From Geosiphon pyriformis uo1 (lineage: Eukaryota > Fungi > Glomeromycota), in NCBI GenBank assembly GCA_016748015.1, contig JAAOMT010000309.1:219266-283265 (forward strand): a stretch of 64,000 bases of DNA, read 5' to 3'. This document shows positions 11,901-24,207 of this stretch, one piece after another. Numbering within the stretch: the first letter of the stretch is position 1; each line of letters opens with the position of its first letter. The position numbers and the translations under genes were made by a program. Under the pieces are notes generated by a model, which did no database searches, was not told the origin of the DNA, and saw only the letters and a program-made list of their open reading frames with translations.

Positions 11901-14900
11901 TAGTGATGTCAATCAAAATGCAGTTGGTAGGTTTGTGACAAAAGGCTATAGTTGAATTTAGTAAGAGTGAATAGGCTAATTTAGTTGCTGCTTGTTGGTC
12001 TATTTTAATTGGGAAAAATGCTGTACATGTGATCAGGGCTGATTGAGACAAAGAATTGTGAGAACAAGAGATCAACATAGGGCTTTGCTCTATACTCTGT
12101 CAATAGAAATGACTGTTCATAACATCTGAGACTATATTGGCTCTGTGAATAGAAAAACATGTACAATAGATTATCATCCTATTATGTATGCTCAGACCAA
12201 ATGCACTGTTGTTTGTTTTGAATTGGCCAATTCCTTGAATGCTGTCATGGAAACTACTTCAGTTTTAAGGGGTGTGAATATGCATTGGTCTCCTTTGGGT
12301 TTTTCTAAATGTGCTGAATGTGGGAGATTGGGTCATATATCTTTGGGTTGTGCTGTAGGTGAGAATTTTTCCTCTAAAAAACCTTCTTGCAGACCTTTCT
12401 TAGACATAAATAAAAGCAGATTGGCAATTATCTATGCCAAGCATTTGGCTTCAATTGCTCATTCTATTGCTTTTGGTAGGGTTTTTTGGGCAAAAATTGC
12501 TAATGGAAATGCTTTTTCCCCTCTTCCTGTGTGAAAAGTGTCAATTAATTCTGGCTTCTCTTTAGAGATGAAACCTATTTTCCTTGATATAAGTGATGTT
12601 GAAAAAAAGTTTGCTGTTTTGGAAAGCAGTCTTGCCAGTCTCGTGGGACAAATTAGTAAGTTGGCTAAGAGGTTGAACTCATTTATGCTAGCAGTTTTCC
12701 AGCCTTGCCCTGGATATTAGCTGTTGGTGACCTTTCCATTACAGGATCAGGTGAGTGATATAGTGATGAAAGAAGATTTGGGTAAGGCCACAAGTGGTGA
12801 AACTGCTGCAATTTTAGACTCTTTTGCTTCTTCTGAAGTAAAAAGATTGGAAAACATGTTGAAAAGACTTTTTGCTTTGGTTCTAAGTCTTACAGCGAGA
12901 TTTAATGGTTCAATTTTGGCTGGCAGTGCACTTTCCAAAACTTCTTCTCAATAACCAGTCTAGTTTGGAAGATTGCCACATACAATGTTAAGGATTTAAA
13001 TAATCCTGCAAAACAGCATAATGTAATTCATTGGCATAAAGAGAAGAACAATTTGATTTCTATTGTTATTGAAACTAAGTTAAAAGGCAAGATCTACTTA
13101 TGGATCATGAATAAATTTAATAGTGTCTGGGTTTTTACATCTGGTTTGTACTCTGGTCATTTGAGTTCTAATGTTGCGATTATCATGAACAATTCTTTAG
13201 CAAGACATGTGTGTAAGGTTTCTGAAGTTTTTGGTGGACTCTTTTCTCTCAAGTTACTCTTCAAGAATAATCTTTCTGTGTCAATTTTGGGACTCTATGC
13301 TGGTGCTTCATTGGTGGTCTGGTTTTCTCAGGCTGGTAAAATCAACTCTCTCATTGCAAAGGCAGTAAATGAGTTCTCTTTTATTATTTTGGGTGGTGAT
13401 TTCAATGAAAACGGGACCCAGAAGTGTGCTAGCTTTAAGAAGTGCTTTGATTTGGGTTTAGTTAATTCTCTAAAAGAAAGTTTGTTTGTCAAGATGCCTA
13501 TGTGAACCAATTCTTGTGGTGTCGCTAAAGCTCTTGATTACATTCTTATTTCTTCATGTTTAGTCAATGCTGTAGTAGATGGTAGTGTGGCTGATGTTGA
13601 GAACTATTTTAATACCAATCACAAAGCTATTTATGCTTCTATGGGTTTGGGTGGTTTGTTTGATATCTATTTGGGTTTAATATACAAGCAGGTGAATAAG
13701 GATTACTGGAAGTTTAATGTCAAAAGTGCAGATGAAGCAAAATAGAATGAATTTAAAGATGCTACTGCAGCCAATACTGCTATGTTCTTGGATGAGTTTG
13801 AGTTAGCCAGAAAGTTCTCTGATTTAGATGCTATATGGAATATTGTTTGCAAAGTAATAATCTTTTTAGCTAATGGTGCTTTTAAGAAGAAATGGTTTAA
13901 GAGTTATAATGAAGTGTTTATTAAAGAGTTTTCCAAGTTATATAACTTGGAGATTTTGGTTTCAAAAATTGTCAAGACTTTTCGCAAAGTGGGCTTTAAC
14001 AGATTTGAGTCTCTGTTAAGATGCTGGGTTTCTATAAATAGTGACAAAGCTTCTGTTGTTTGGAATCTTGTGAGTTCTGGTGCAAGTTTGAATTGTGTCT
14101 GTTCTGCTCTTTGTGGTGTGAAGAGGTTTTATCATGTCTCTAAGCTTGCTAAGTTTTTGCAAGCTAAGAAGTTGAGCATTAAATTAGCTATTGAAAAAAG
14201 AATGGAGAGTTTTGTGGTCAACAAAGGCCACACAATTCATAGTGTTTTGGAATGTCCATTCCACAAAGTAGTATTGGATCATTTGGTTTCTGATAGTGGT
14301 TTGATTTTGGACCCAGTAGAAGTTAAAAATAAGGTGGATAGTATCATAGAGGGCTGGACAAGAAAGAGGGCCATGCTAAAAAGTGTTCCTGATTTGTGGC
14401 AGCATCAATACCTGTCATTGGATTATTTCAACAATGATGCTTTTTCTGGTGTGATGAATGCTATCAGTTTGGATGACTTGACACATGTAATTAAGGATTT
14501 ACCAGATAGTAAAGCTGCTGGCTTGTCTGGTATTTCAAATAAACTTTGAAAACATTGTAATAATTCTGTGCTAAGCTTGCTTCTGGATCTTCTGAACATT
14601 TGTTTGGTGTATAAGTCAGTTTCCCGCTGTTAAAAAGAAGCTTGGGTGTTAATGATTCTCAAGTCTTATGAGTGGGAGGATACTTTAACAAATACTAGAC
14701 CAATTGCTTTAATTGAGACTGCTTGTAAGATTCTTTCTAAGTTGCTGCCTGACAGAATTTTGTCAGCATGTGGTCTATTCAATGTACTTCATGAGAACAA
14801 TTTTCTGTGCTTAAGGGCACTACTATTCAGTTTCCTATTTTTGCCATTTGTTTGGTTGTAGAAGATGCTTTGAAAAAGAATTGTGAACTTTGGCTTGTGC

Positions 14901-17155
14901 TACAAGATATGTGTAAAGCCTATAACTCTGTGGGTCAGCATTACTTGTATAATAGTTTGGTTTGAATCAAAATATGTGAGCATTTTATTAGGTTTTTTGG
15001 CTCTATTCACAATGACTGTATTAATCGGGTTATGACTGATTTTGGTCTTACTAATAGGTATTGGGTGCATGATGGTCTTGATTAGGGTGAGGTTTTCTCT
15101 TTTTTGCTGTGGAGGATCTTTTACAACCCCTTTCTGTGTGAGGTCAAGAGACAAGAAAGTTTATGTGAATACAATATTGATATTAAGTTTGTAGTTAGGA
15201 CAGGTAGGATAGAACACCAAGGCAGTTTGACTTTGTTTCTGGCTGCTAATGCATTTGTAAATGATACTATTTGGGTAAGTAGCAGTCAGGTTGTCACTCA
15301 GTATATTTTAGATACAGCAAGTGAATTTTTCAGAGTGAATAACATTTCTATTAATAATAAGAAAACTGTAGCCATTCCAATCAATCAAAGGGTTAGTAAT
15401 ATATTATTGTCAATTAGTGGTCTGCCGATTTCAATTGCTCGCAAAAAGAAGTCTTATCAGTATCTTGGCATTTATTTGTCATTTGAGAGTTTGTTCAAAC
15501 CCAGTTTGGCTAAAGTGTATCCAAACATCAAGTTTTTTGTCAATTTGGTTCTTAAGAAAGCTATTTTAGACAAACAGTTTCTTTATCTAATGTTGGCTGT
15601 ATTACAATCTATTGTCAGTTATAGGACTCAGTTCAGCTTTATTTCTAGAAATATGTGTATTAAGTGAGATATGTTGATTAGGAGAGGGTTGAGACTTAAG
15701 GCTGGTCTTCCGAGAGACTTTTCCAATGAGGCTCTTCACCATTCTTCTTTGTATGGCTTGAAATCTTTTAAGCAGTTGCAGACTGAGTGCAAAGTGGCTT
15801 TTGTGTTGTGTTTCTTAAATGCTAATGGTGTTTTTGGTCATTTATTTAATCATAGGTCTCTGGATCTTCAGATTTTGGATTGGTTACTTATTTACCCTCT
15901 ATGTTGTCTGATTAGATTGCATATTAGTCTGGTCAATAATTTTTTGGCAGGTGTTATTAGGATTTTTTTGAACTATGACATGTCCCTTGACAATCTCTCT
16001 GTTTTTGCATTCCGCTTTCTTGATAGGACACTAATATTTACTTTTATAATGTTTCTTTTTCTCTCAAAAAGTTTGGGGTTGTTTTTGTCAAGCAGTTATA
16101 TACCAAAAAAGATTTGATTTTCGATTGGAAAACCTTCTATTGTTGAAAAAAACTTGATCCAAAAGGCCCTGTCCCTTGTTGGTTCATTTTGGTTTGTGAC
16201 TTTTTGGTTTGATCTTTTTTTTCTGATAATTTGTATGTTGAAAGTTTGTGGGCTATAAATATTTGCAGTTTGGGTGCAGTTTTTAGATTGGGCCAGTATT
16301 TCTCTTCTGCAAATATGAGAGTTGTTAGTGTTTATACTGATGGATTGTTAAGGGATTTGGGTTTATGTGAAATAAAGTGTAATGCTGCTGCTTATTTCTT
16401 GAATTTGGATTTGGGTATTGGTGCTAAGATTAGTGGATTGGTGTCTTCGACTATGGTAGAACTGTGGGCAATTGCTTTGGCTTTGGAGTGTGTTCTCTCT
16501 GACAGTTCAGTAATAGTTTATTCAGACAGTAAGGCTGCCTTGGATGCATGTATGGCTGAATCTGCTCTGGTGTCTCTGGATTTTTACAACCGCTGCTGAA
16601 TGAAGTGGCATAGCATTGTCAATTTAATTAGAGGAAAGCAGCTTGATGTTTCTTGACATAAGATAAAAAAACATTTAGGTGTTATAGGTAATAAGCATGC
16701 TGATGAGTTAGCCAGTCTGGCAATGAACTCTTCTTTGGCACTTCCTGTTTTGGTTAAGGAGAAATTAATCAAGGCTGGCAGAATGGCAGTGTCTGGGAAC
16801 ATTCATCATTTTGCCCATAAGATTTTCAGGTTTATTAATCATGCTCATTGGAAGATTGGTCCTGGTTTTAATGTTATTGATAATAGTTTATGTGGTAATG
16901 TAAACTGGTTTCATACTGCTTTGGTATGACACCCTAACTCCCATATGGCAACTGGCTTTACTAATAAATCTACAGCTGGTTTGTGCTCTTATTTTTTAAA
17001 GGCCTTCCACTGCCATCTTCTGGTTACTGTATAGAAGCATTTGTATAGTAAGATCTATCTGAGTGTTTTGTGTTTGCACTGTGGTGAAGTGGAAAGTTCC
17101 AACCACTCTTTTGTTTGTATATTTGACTCTAATGCTCATAAAAGCATTTTCAAGT
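8964..17155 (+). repeat. Segmental duplication unit A, copy 2
   Basis: Matches 39-7835 and shares the same frameshifts and some stops. Confidence 0.95.
11136..12954 (+). pseudogene. LINE ORF1p, copy 2 (disrupted)
   Basis: Homologous to 1793-3634; CAECGRLGHISLGC knuckle. Confidence 0.85.
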
Positions 17156-17601
17156 TTCATTTGGCCAAGTAGCATTGTGTTTCTGAACTGGGCTTACAAT
17201 TATCTCATGTCTTATAAATGCTTTCTCTGTGTATAATTGATGATGTGTTATATACTACTGTAAGCAAAAGCTTTGTGTTCAGAGATTGGATTCAAGAAGC
17301 TTTAACTATTCTGGGTGATACCAAGGTTGCAGGAAAATTTATTGTTAATTTTGTTTAAGAATTGGGTGCTGCTCACTACATGGATATTTGGTTGGTTAGA
17401 GCTTTGATGGAAAAAGACAGTTTGATTTTACTTAATAATTCTGTGTATTCTGTGCCTCATAATTTGTTATGTATGTTTTCTGCTGGAGTGATTAGGTTGC
17501 TTGGGATTGCTGAGGCAGTTGGTGTCTGCTTTGGTTTTTATAAACATTGCTGTTTTTTTTCTGATATAGATGATATAGTTTCTGTTCTGATAAATTCATA
17601 G
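12951..17601 (+). pseudogene. LINE ORF2p APE-RT-RNase H-CCHC, copy 2 (disrupted)
   Basis: GGDFNE, TRPIALIE, AFVNDTIW, VYTDG..YSDSKAAL..GNKHADELA (~16310-16720), CLHCGEVESSNHSFVC (17071-17118); stop at 17599-17601. Confidence 0.92.
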
Positions 17602-17744
17602 TGTTGCTCTGATTGGTTTGAGTAGCTGATCATATGTAGAAAGTATATGATTAGCACTTAGTTTAGATCACTTAGTTTAATATATTGCACTAAGTAACTT
17701 TTGGGCTTTACTTGTTAAAAGTTAATAAAAAAAAAATTTGTTAC

Positions 17745-18520
17745 TTTATAATTTTAAATTTTTCAACCAAAATTAAGCAAAAAAAAGTAATATTAATAGT
17801 AATTTTTAGCAAATTATTCAAGTATTGTTTCTTAAATTTGCAAATTTTGGCTTAAATATTCAAAAATCTGTTTGGTTTTTTATAAAACTACATATTAATT
17901 TTGTGAATAATTTTCTAATTAATATGATTAAAATTTTTTTAAAATGTAATATGTCTTTTAAAAACAGTTTATATAATATATATTTAGTTTATTAATAATA
18001 TTTTTATATTTAAAATNNNNNNNNNNNNNNNNNNNNTAATTATGTATTTATTAATATTTTTTGATTTTTAATATTAATATTGACTTAAAAAATAATATAT
18101 ATTAAATATAATATTAAAAAATAACTATTTAATTATTTAATCAAAAATTAAGAGCTATTTTAATGTTTTTATTAATATATATTTTAACAAATTTACTATT
18201 ATAATTATGTTTTTTAGTTTTTGTTTTAGTTTTAAAATAATATATTAAGATTAATAATATGACTGTTTTTAAAAATACTAAGTATTTTGTTTGTAATACT
18301 TATAATTTTATTTGTTATATTTGATAAAAAATTAAATTTAAAACTATTATTATCAATAATATTATATTAAAAAAAATTAATTAATTACAAATTTCAATAA
18401 TATGATATTTTAATTTGTATATAATAATAATTTTATAAATAAATATATATTTAAATTATATATATATATAATAAAAACAATTTATAAAAAAAATTATACA
18501 ATAAATTTTAAAAAATTGCT
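17745..18520 (+). pseudogene. Ancient, almost erased LINE ORF2 relic (target of the LINE copy 2 insertion)
   Basis: ttattcaagtattgtttcttaaatttgcaaattttgg..aataattttcta..attaaaattttttt aligns with the younger LINE region LFNHRSLDLQILG..NNFLAGVIRIFL when G->A/C->T changes are allowed. Confidence 0.6.
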
Positions 18521-18529
18521 AAATTAACA

Positions 18530-20815
18530 TTTTTTTTTTTTATTAAAGTTTTAATAAATATGACCCAACCATTAATTAAAAATTAAGACCAAACTAAATG
18601 ATCTAGGACTAAATATAGTTTATGTGCTTTCTATATATAATCAGCTATTCAAACCAGTTTAGACTATACTATATTTGATATACCAGAAGAAAACTTACTC
18701 AAAGATGACATTCTTTAAACAATCTTAAACAATAAAGCACTATTAAGAATCAAACCTACTAACCAATTAGCTGTCTTAAAAACATCTGATTTAACATCAA
18801 CTGATTCATGCTCTTAAAGTAATATTAAGTTAAAAAACATGTTATCATCAAAATTAAACAGATCTATATAAAAACCAGTCATATTAACATTATTAAAACC
18901 ACACTTATCTTTTAGGGCAATTATATTTTGCTTTAACTTATCTACAATCTTGCTAAAAGTACCTATATGTACCAAAATCTCTTTAAACTTAAGGCCAATA
19001 TTACTACTTAAAGCCAAATCTCTATTAATAAACTGTTTAAATACTTTAATCATAAAACCAATTGGTTTAACAATAGAATTAACCAAAGTAGTAAGTTTGA
19101 CCAAATCAAATTCCAATAATATTAACTAAAAAGAGACCATAGAATTGTCAGATGTAATTTTAATAGAAACAGTTAAACTATTTAAAATACTAAAAACTGA
19201 AGAAAACATAGAAGCAGCAGCTTTAGCATAAAACTTGTTACTAACACCATAAGAGGTAAATATCTTGGAAGCCTTAAAAGAAAGAAATAAAGACATCTTA
19301 TAATCCAAAGCCAAATAATCTGAACCTTGGAATCAAAAACAGTGCCAATTACTAAGAGTTTCTTACCAGATATAATACTTTTTTAGCATATTAGTCTTTA
19401 GTACTGCAGTATCCAAATCAACCAGAGAACCAAATGTAATCAGAGCAAACCAGAAACAATGACCAGACTCAAAAAAATGGAGAATAAAACATGTCTGACC
19501 ACCAACTTGAGAAATTATATTACTAATTTCAAAAGCTATATAGCCAGAGAAAAAATTAATTAACTTGGCCTTAAACCTATTATAAAACAGAATAGTTTCA
19601 TTCTAATTTACCAAGAAGAGGATCCTAATACTATCTTTGTTCACCAAAATTGACTAATAATTTAAAGCAAATACAGCAGAGTTCAATTTTTTAAAATAAA
19701 TAACCACATATTGCCAAATACCAGCAGGCTTTAATACAACATAAGTAATACTACCAAACACACAAAAAGCTGTCTTAATGTTAGCAACAGACACACCCAA
19801 AAGCATATCATGTAGCACAACAGCAACAGAAGAGGAACCAGACTCAGAAACTACCAAAAACTTGGCAATTTTGAAAGTGGCAAGATAAACAGAGCTTGTA
19901 AACTCAACTAAAAATACAGCATCTAAAAAACTTTAAGAAACAAACTTCATACAAAAGAGCTTTATATTATTCTTAGTAACAGATTTTGCACTCAAAAAAC
20001 CATGTACAGACTGAAAAACAGTCTTAACATAAGCCAATTTCATATTAAAAATAGTACTAAGCACCAAAAAAAAAGCCACTTATTCAGCAAATCTTTAATA
20101 ATTAGCAATAATTTCTTAAGCACTACTAGTGGCAGCACCAGAAACCAGAAGAGAAGATGATTTAATATCTATTTAATCAGTTCAGTTCTCAAGAACAAAT
20201 AACACTACAAAAGTTAATTGTTTTGCTTTTAAAACTGGCAATAATCTGTCAAAAGACATCACATTTGGCAACACAGCCAATAGTTAATTTTGGTTTATCT
20301 TAGATAATATGCCAGATGATACTATAGAAATCTCACCTAAAATTTTATTGGAAACCACAAAGAGATTCGGTGTAACAATAACAGAGACAAGTAACTGCTC
20401 TCACTTTTCTGAACTTTTGGTGTTTTTGACATTTTTTTGAAAAAGTGATGCTAGCAGCACCAAGTATTAAAGCTATGAAAAAAAGACCAATTTGTTGACT
20501 GGTCTGTTATTAAAAATTTTTGGGCTTTTTGAAAAAGTAAAAACAATATAGAACTAATCCAAGTGTGTTTCTTTGAAAGAATTTTAACTGGAAAAAAACC
20601 AGCCAAAGATAAGAAAAGTGTTTTAGTAGTTATTAAAAGCAGCTTTTCACAGTTACTAAGCAAAAAAAAGGCTTTTAAAATGTTTTGCCTAGTTGCTTCT
20701 ATAATAAAGAAAGCTTTTCTGGTTGAAATTTTATTAAATATCTTAGAAAAAATAACAAATATAGCTTTTTTACTCTTTGTTTTAGTCATAATCATAAAAA
20801 TAAGAGACAAAGAGT
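18530..20815 (-). mobile_element. ORF1-only non-autonomous retroelement (HAL1-like) with LINE-type 3'UTR and poly(A)
   Basis: Short pyrimidine-rich 5'UTR, one ~700-codon eroded ORF1-like frame, then directly a 3'UTR homologous to 17600-17736 and A12 (T-run 18530-18541); no ORF2. Confidence 0.8.
18664..20789 (-). pseudogene. ORF1p-like RNA-binding protein (RRM-like, eroded CCHC knuckle, coiled coil)
   Basis: VVLHDMLLGVSVANIKTAFCVFGSITYVVLKPAGIWQYVVIYF aligns with LINE ORF1 VVLKEIPVETLTEAVRTALSGFGVVMSIKMQLVGL(W)QKAIVEF; knuckle remnant HCF*FQGSDYLALDY at ~19300-19350. Confidence 0.75.
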
Positions 20816-20819
20816 TTAA

Positions 20820-21715
20820 TTAATGTATTTATAATATGTAATATTAATATATATAGAATTTTAATAAATATTTGTTTAATTAAAATAAAAAATAACTTTT
20901 TTTTATTATGTTTTAAGTAATTTATAGTGTTTTATATTAAAAAATACTTCATTATAAATAATTATAATATTTATTAATATGTTTTTATATATAATTAAAT
21001 ATAAAATTATAATATAAAATAATATTATATATTATAAAATCAATTTAGCAATTTTTAAATTTTATTTTAATGGTGTATATTTACTGTAATAAAATTAAAT
21101 TTTCAGATTATGTGTTTATGTATATTAATAATACAAATATATAATTAAAATTGTTTGATATTTAAATAAATATATGAATTTTTTTAATTAGTTATCATAT
21201 TATATTTTTTAAATTTTTTAAATATTATTATTTAAAGTTTTTAATAATAGTTTATATATAATATTAAGCAAAAAATTTGTTTTAAAAATTAATATAAAAA
21301 AACATACATTGTTTTTAATAATGCCAAATTTGTAATATTAAAACTAATTAATTTTATATATAACTTGTTTATTAATTATCATAAATATATAAATTTAAAT
21401 AAAAATTGATTTATATAAATGTAATTTGGTTAATAAAAATAGTTTTGTTAATTTATTAGTTTATAATTTGTTGTTAATTTTATTTAATAATAATATATTT
21501 ATTTAATATTTTTAAAATATATATTATATTTGTTTTTTTTAATTTAGATTGTAATATATTAATATATATAAATATATAATATAGTTTTAATTGGTTTAAA
21601 TAATTAATTATATGTAATAAATATTTAATTTATATTTAATTTAAAATTTTTAATTTATTATATTATATTAAATAGCAAATAAATTATATTTATTAAATAA
21701 AAATAAAATAAAAAC
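20820..21715 (+). pseudogene. Ancient eroded LINE 3' portion (CCHC finger and 3'UTR)
   Basis: tactgtaataaaattaaattttcagattatgtgttt (~21082-21117) reads as an eroded YCGEVEFSDHVF; ttaattggtttaaataattaattatatgta (~21587) reads as the eroded LINE tail motif. Confidence 0.55.
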
Positions 21716-22746
21716 ATAAAAATTTAATATTAATAATAAAAACAGTTTGTTCTTGAAGTAATTAAAAAAAATTAAAAAAAATATTTTGCTTTAAATATTA
21801 ATTTTTTAGCTGTTAAAAGAAAAAATGTCATAGATAATTAAAAAGTTATTTTCAACTGTGTATAGTTTTAGAAAAGTTATTACTTTTTTAAAATTTCAAG
21901 AAATTATTATTGGCTGCAGATAAGAGAATTTTGGTAAACAGTAATCTTAAAAAACAAAAAGTACATTTAGATTAAGTAGTAATCATCAAAAAAATTCTCA
22001 TGGATGCTTTTAAGAAAGCAATCATCTCAGCTTTGTTCAAGTTTAATAATATTGTGTTAGTTGAGTGGGCTGTAGCAGAAGGCTGTAATAAAGTTTACTA
22101 AATTGGGTCAAGTTCTCATATTTGAAATAAGTGAAAAAAAACGTTTTAAAAGAACAGTATATCTATGTTATGTATATTTGTTGCTTTATTTTTACTTGCA
22201 TTATTTTGACAAACTATTTATTGTTAACATGTTAAACTTTTTTTGGAAAGCTCTCTTGATGTTATATGTTTTACTACTGTTATTTATCTAAAAAAAAAGG
22301 AAGAGCTTTACAATCAGTACTTCTTATTGAAAACTTAGTAAAACATGCAGTAAATTCCTCATTAACAAAAATAACTGATTTTAAATGAAAAATAAGAGTG
22401 TTGGAAGTTTTACCACAGTTTGGTACATTCCATATTTAGTCTTTTCTATAATCTACATCTAATGATAATTTCACAGCAAATGCTACAATATTAGTATATT
22501 GCTAGTTAGGAAAGCTGGCCCAGAAGAATGATGTTGTCAGGAAAAATTTCTTACAATGTTAAGAGTTTCAGCCACCCTAACCATATTTGTATACTGCTGG
22601 TAGAGAAACTGGCCCAGAAAAGCAATGTTGCTTCCATCTAAGCAAGAAATACAGTAATAAATTGTCTTATATTTCTGAAATAACAGCATATAAAATACAA
22701 GTAAAATACAACAGAAAACAAAAAATTTGACAACAAATTTGTCAAA
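21317..22746 (+). repeat. Flank block C, empty-site copy (no LTR element); includes an eroded LINE ORF1 fragment at ~21760-22200
   Basis: Matches 24228-25421 joined to 35646 onward, with a single ctag at 22502-22505 where filled copies have a duplicated ctgg; LVNSNLKKQKVHLD*VVIIKK.. is an ORF1 remnant. Confidence 0.9.
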
Positions 22747-22767
22747 ANNNNNNNNNNNNNNNNNNNN

Positions 22768-24207
22768 TTTAACAATTTGAAAGTTGTTATTTATTTAAAT
22801 AAGAAAACATAAAATTTTTATAAAAATGAAAGACATTAAAAGCTTTTTTTTCTTTTGTTTTTAAAAGATATGTAAATAGTTTAGAGATGATTAAACAGAA
22901 CAACCAAAAATTATGACAATAATGCTATTTTTTTAAAATTTAGTGTTATCTAAAAGAGTAATGAAAAATTAGAAGTTTTCCAAATTTAATGAATTATAAA
23001 ACTCTTAGTTATAACCACTAGTGACAATGATTAATCATATTATGTTTTATATTGTCAAAATTAAAAGTCCTTCAGCAAAATAAATAAAATAATACAAATG
23101 CCTATAAATTTTTATTGAAATTTTTTTTTAAATAAATATCAAAAACTAATTCTATTTTATGAAATAATATTATGCATTTTTTTTTAACTCATTTAATTAA
23201 CATGAAATTCATCACTGACTAAAAAAAATCTTCTAATTCCAGACTCAAATATAATTTTATTCCTTAAACAATAAAGAGTCTGATTGAGAAAAAAAGTGAT
23301 TTGACATAAAATAAGTAATTAAAAAAAGTTACATAGATACACTTTAGATTAAATGCTACTTAGTATGAATAATAATTTCTTAAGGCTTTTTGTCAATTTT
23401 ATTATGATTGTTATTTTCAATTATATTATCATTTTTGCTTTAAACTTTATTATCATTATTATTTTCAATCCTACTATCATTATTGTTTCCAATGTCATTT
23501 CCAATATTTCTGTTGCCANNNNNNNNNNNNNNNNNNNNTTAAAAATTAAATCAGTAAAACTACTAAACATAGTTTCTTCTCCCAAATATCTAAAGTGCTG
23601 TATTGATCATTAGATACACAAATCGATTTAGATAAGGTTTCTCTAATGTTTTAAGGTTGTGCAAATAATTAAGAGCATTTAATCAAAATGCCTTAAAACT
23701 AGATACAATTAATAATAAATCAATAAGTATTCATTAAGAACTTAATGTACTGTCATCTATATCTCTTTCAGTGAAAGAACTCTCAAAAAATTCAAATAAT
23801 ACTGGTTTTATGTAAATATTGTTGAAGAATTGCTTGAAAAGTCAAAAAAACACATGATCTATGAGGAACTGGAAAAAACGTTATGAGATACTCAAGTCTA
23901 ATGCTGAATTAATTGAACTTAATAAAAACCTATAGATGTGGATCCATACATAATAAAAAAATGAGACACTTGTTTGAATAACATAAATTTTCTTTTGTAA
24001 GACTACTGATCAAATCGCCATCATGACGTCAGATGGCAGTGATCAGCAGTCTTACAAAAGAAAATTTATACGTGTGTTTTTGTTTTGGGATGGCAGTTTG
24101 GAAAATTATTTTATTTTATTTCTTCTAACTCTCAATGATCGTTTAGCTCTTGTCACTTATCTGACCTCAAACTTTCATAGATTTAACGCCATCGAAGGCC
24201 ACTCTCA
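22768..24207. repeat. Dispersed repeat family B, copy spanning an N gap
   Basis: 23397-23518 matches 7856-7977; 23545-24140 matches 52667-53239. Confidence 0.75.
23983..24069. repeat. 87-bp imperfect palindrome/hairpin, copy 1
   Basis: ataaattttcttttgtaagact-a-ctgatca..gccatc-a-TGACGTCA-gatggc..tgatcag-c-agtcttacaaaagaaaatttat; the outer 22-bp arms are perfect. Confidence 0.95.

Larger units (their letters stand above)
11011..17735 (+). mobile_element. Full-length LINE copy 2 with poly(A) tail and 9-bp TSD ATTTGTTAC (11002-11010 / 17736-17744)
   Basis: ORF1+ORF2, 3'UTR, AATAAA running into an A-tract at 17724-17736; the same 9-mer lies on both sides. Confidence 0.92.

Noticed and set aside
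18500-21066. ~25-bp inverted match (18500-18526 vs 21042-21066) as TIRs around the ORF1-only element
   Set aside because: Almost all A/T, does not extend, and is not at the element's 5' boundary; the poly(A) tail indicates retrotransposition.
22103-22291. Short hydrophobic ORFs repeated at 22103, 25001 and 62566
   Set aside because: They lie in the duplicated, eroded flank block overlapping a LINE ORF1 relic and have no recognisable motif.
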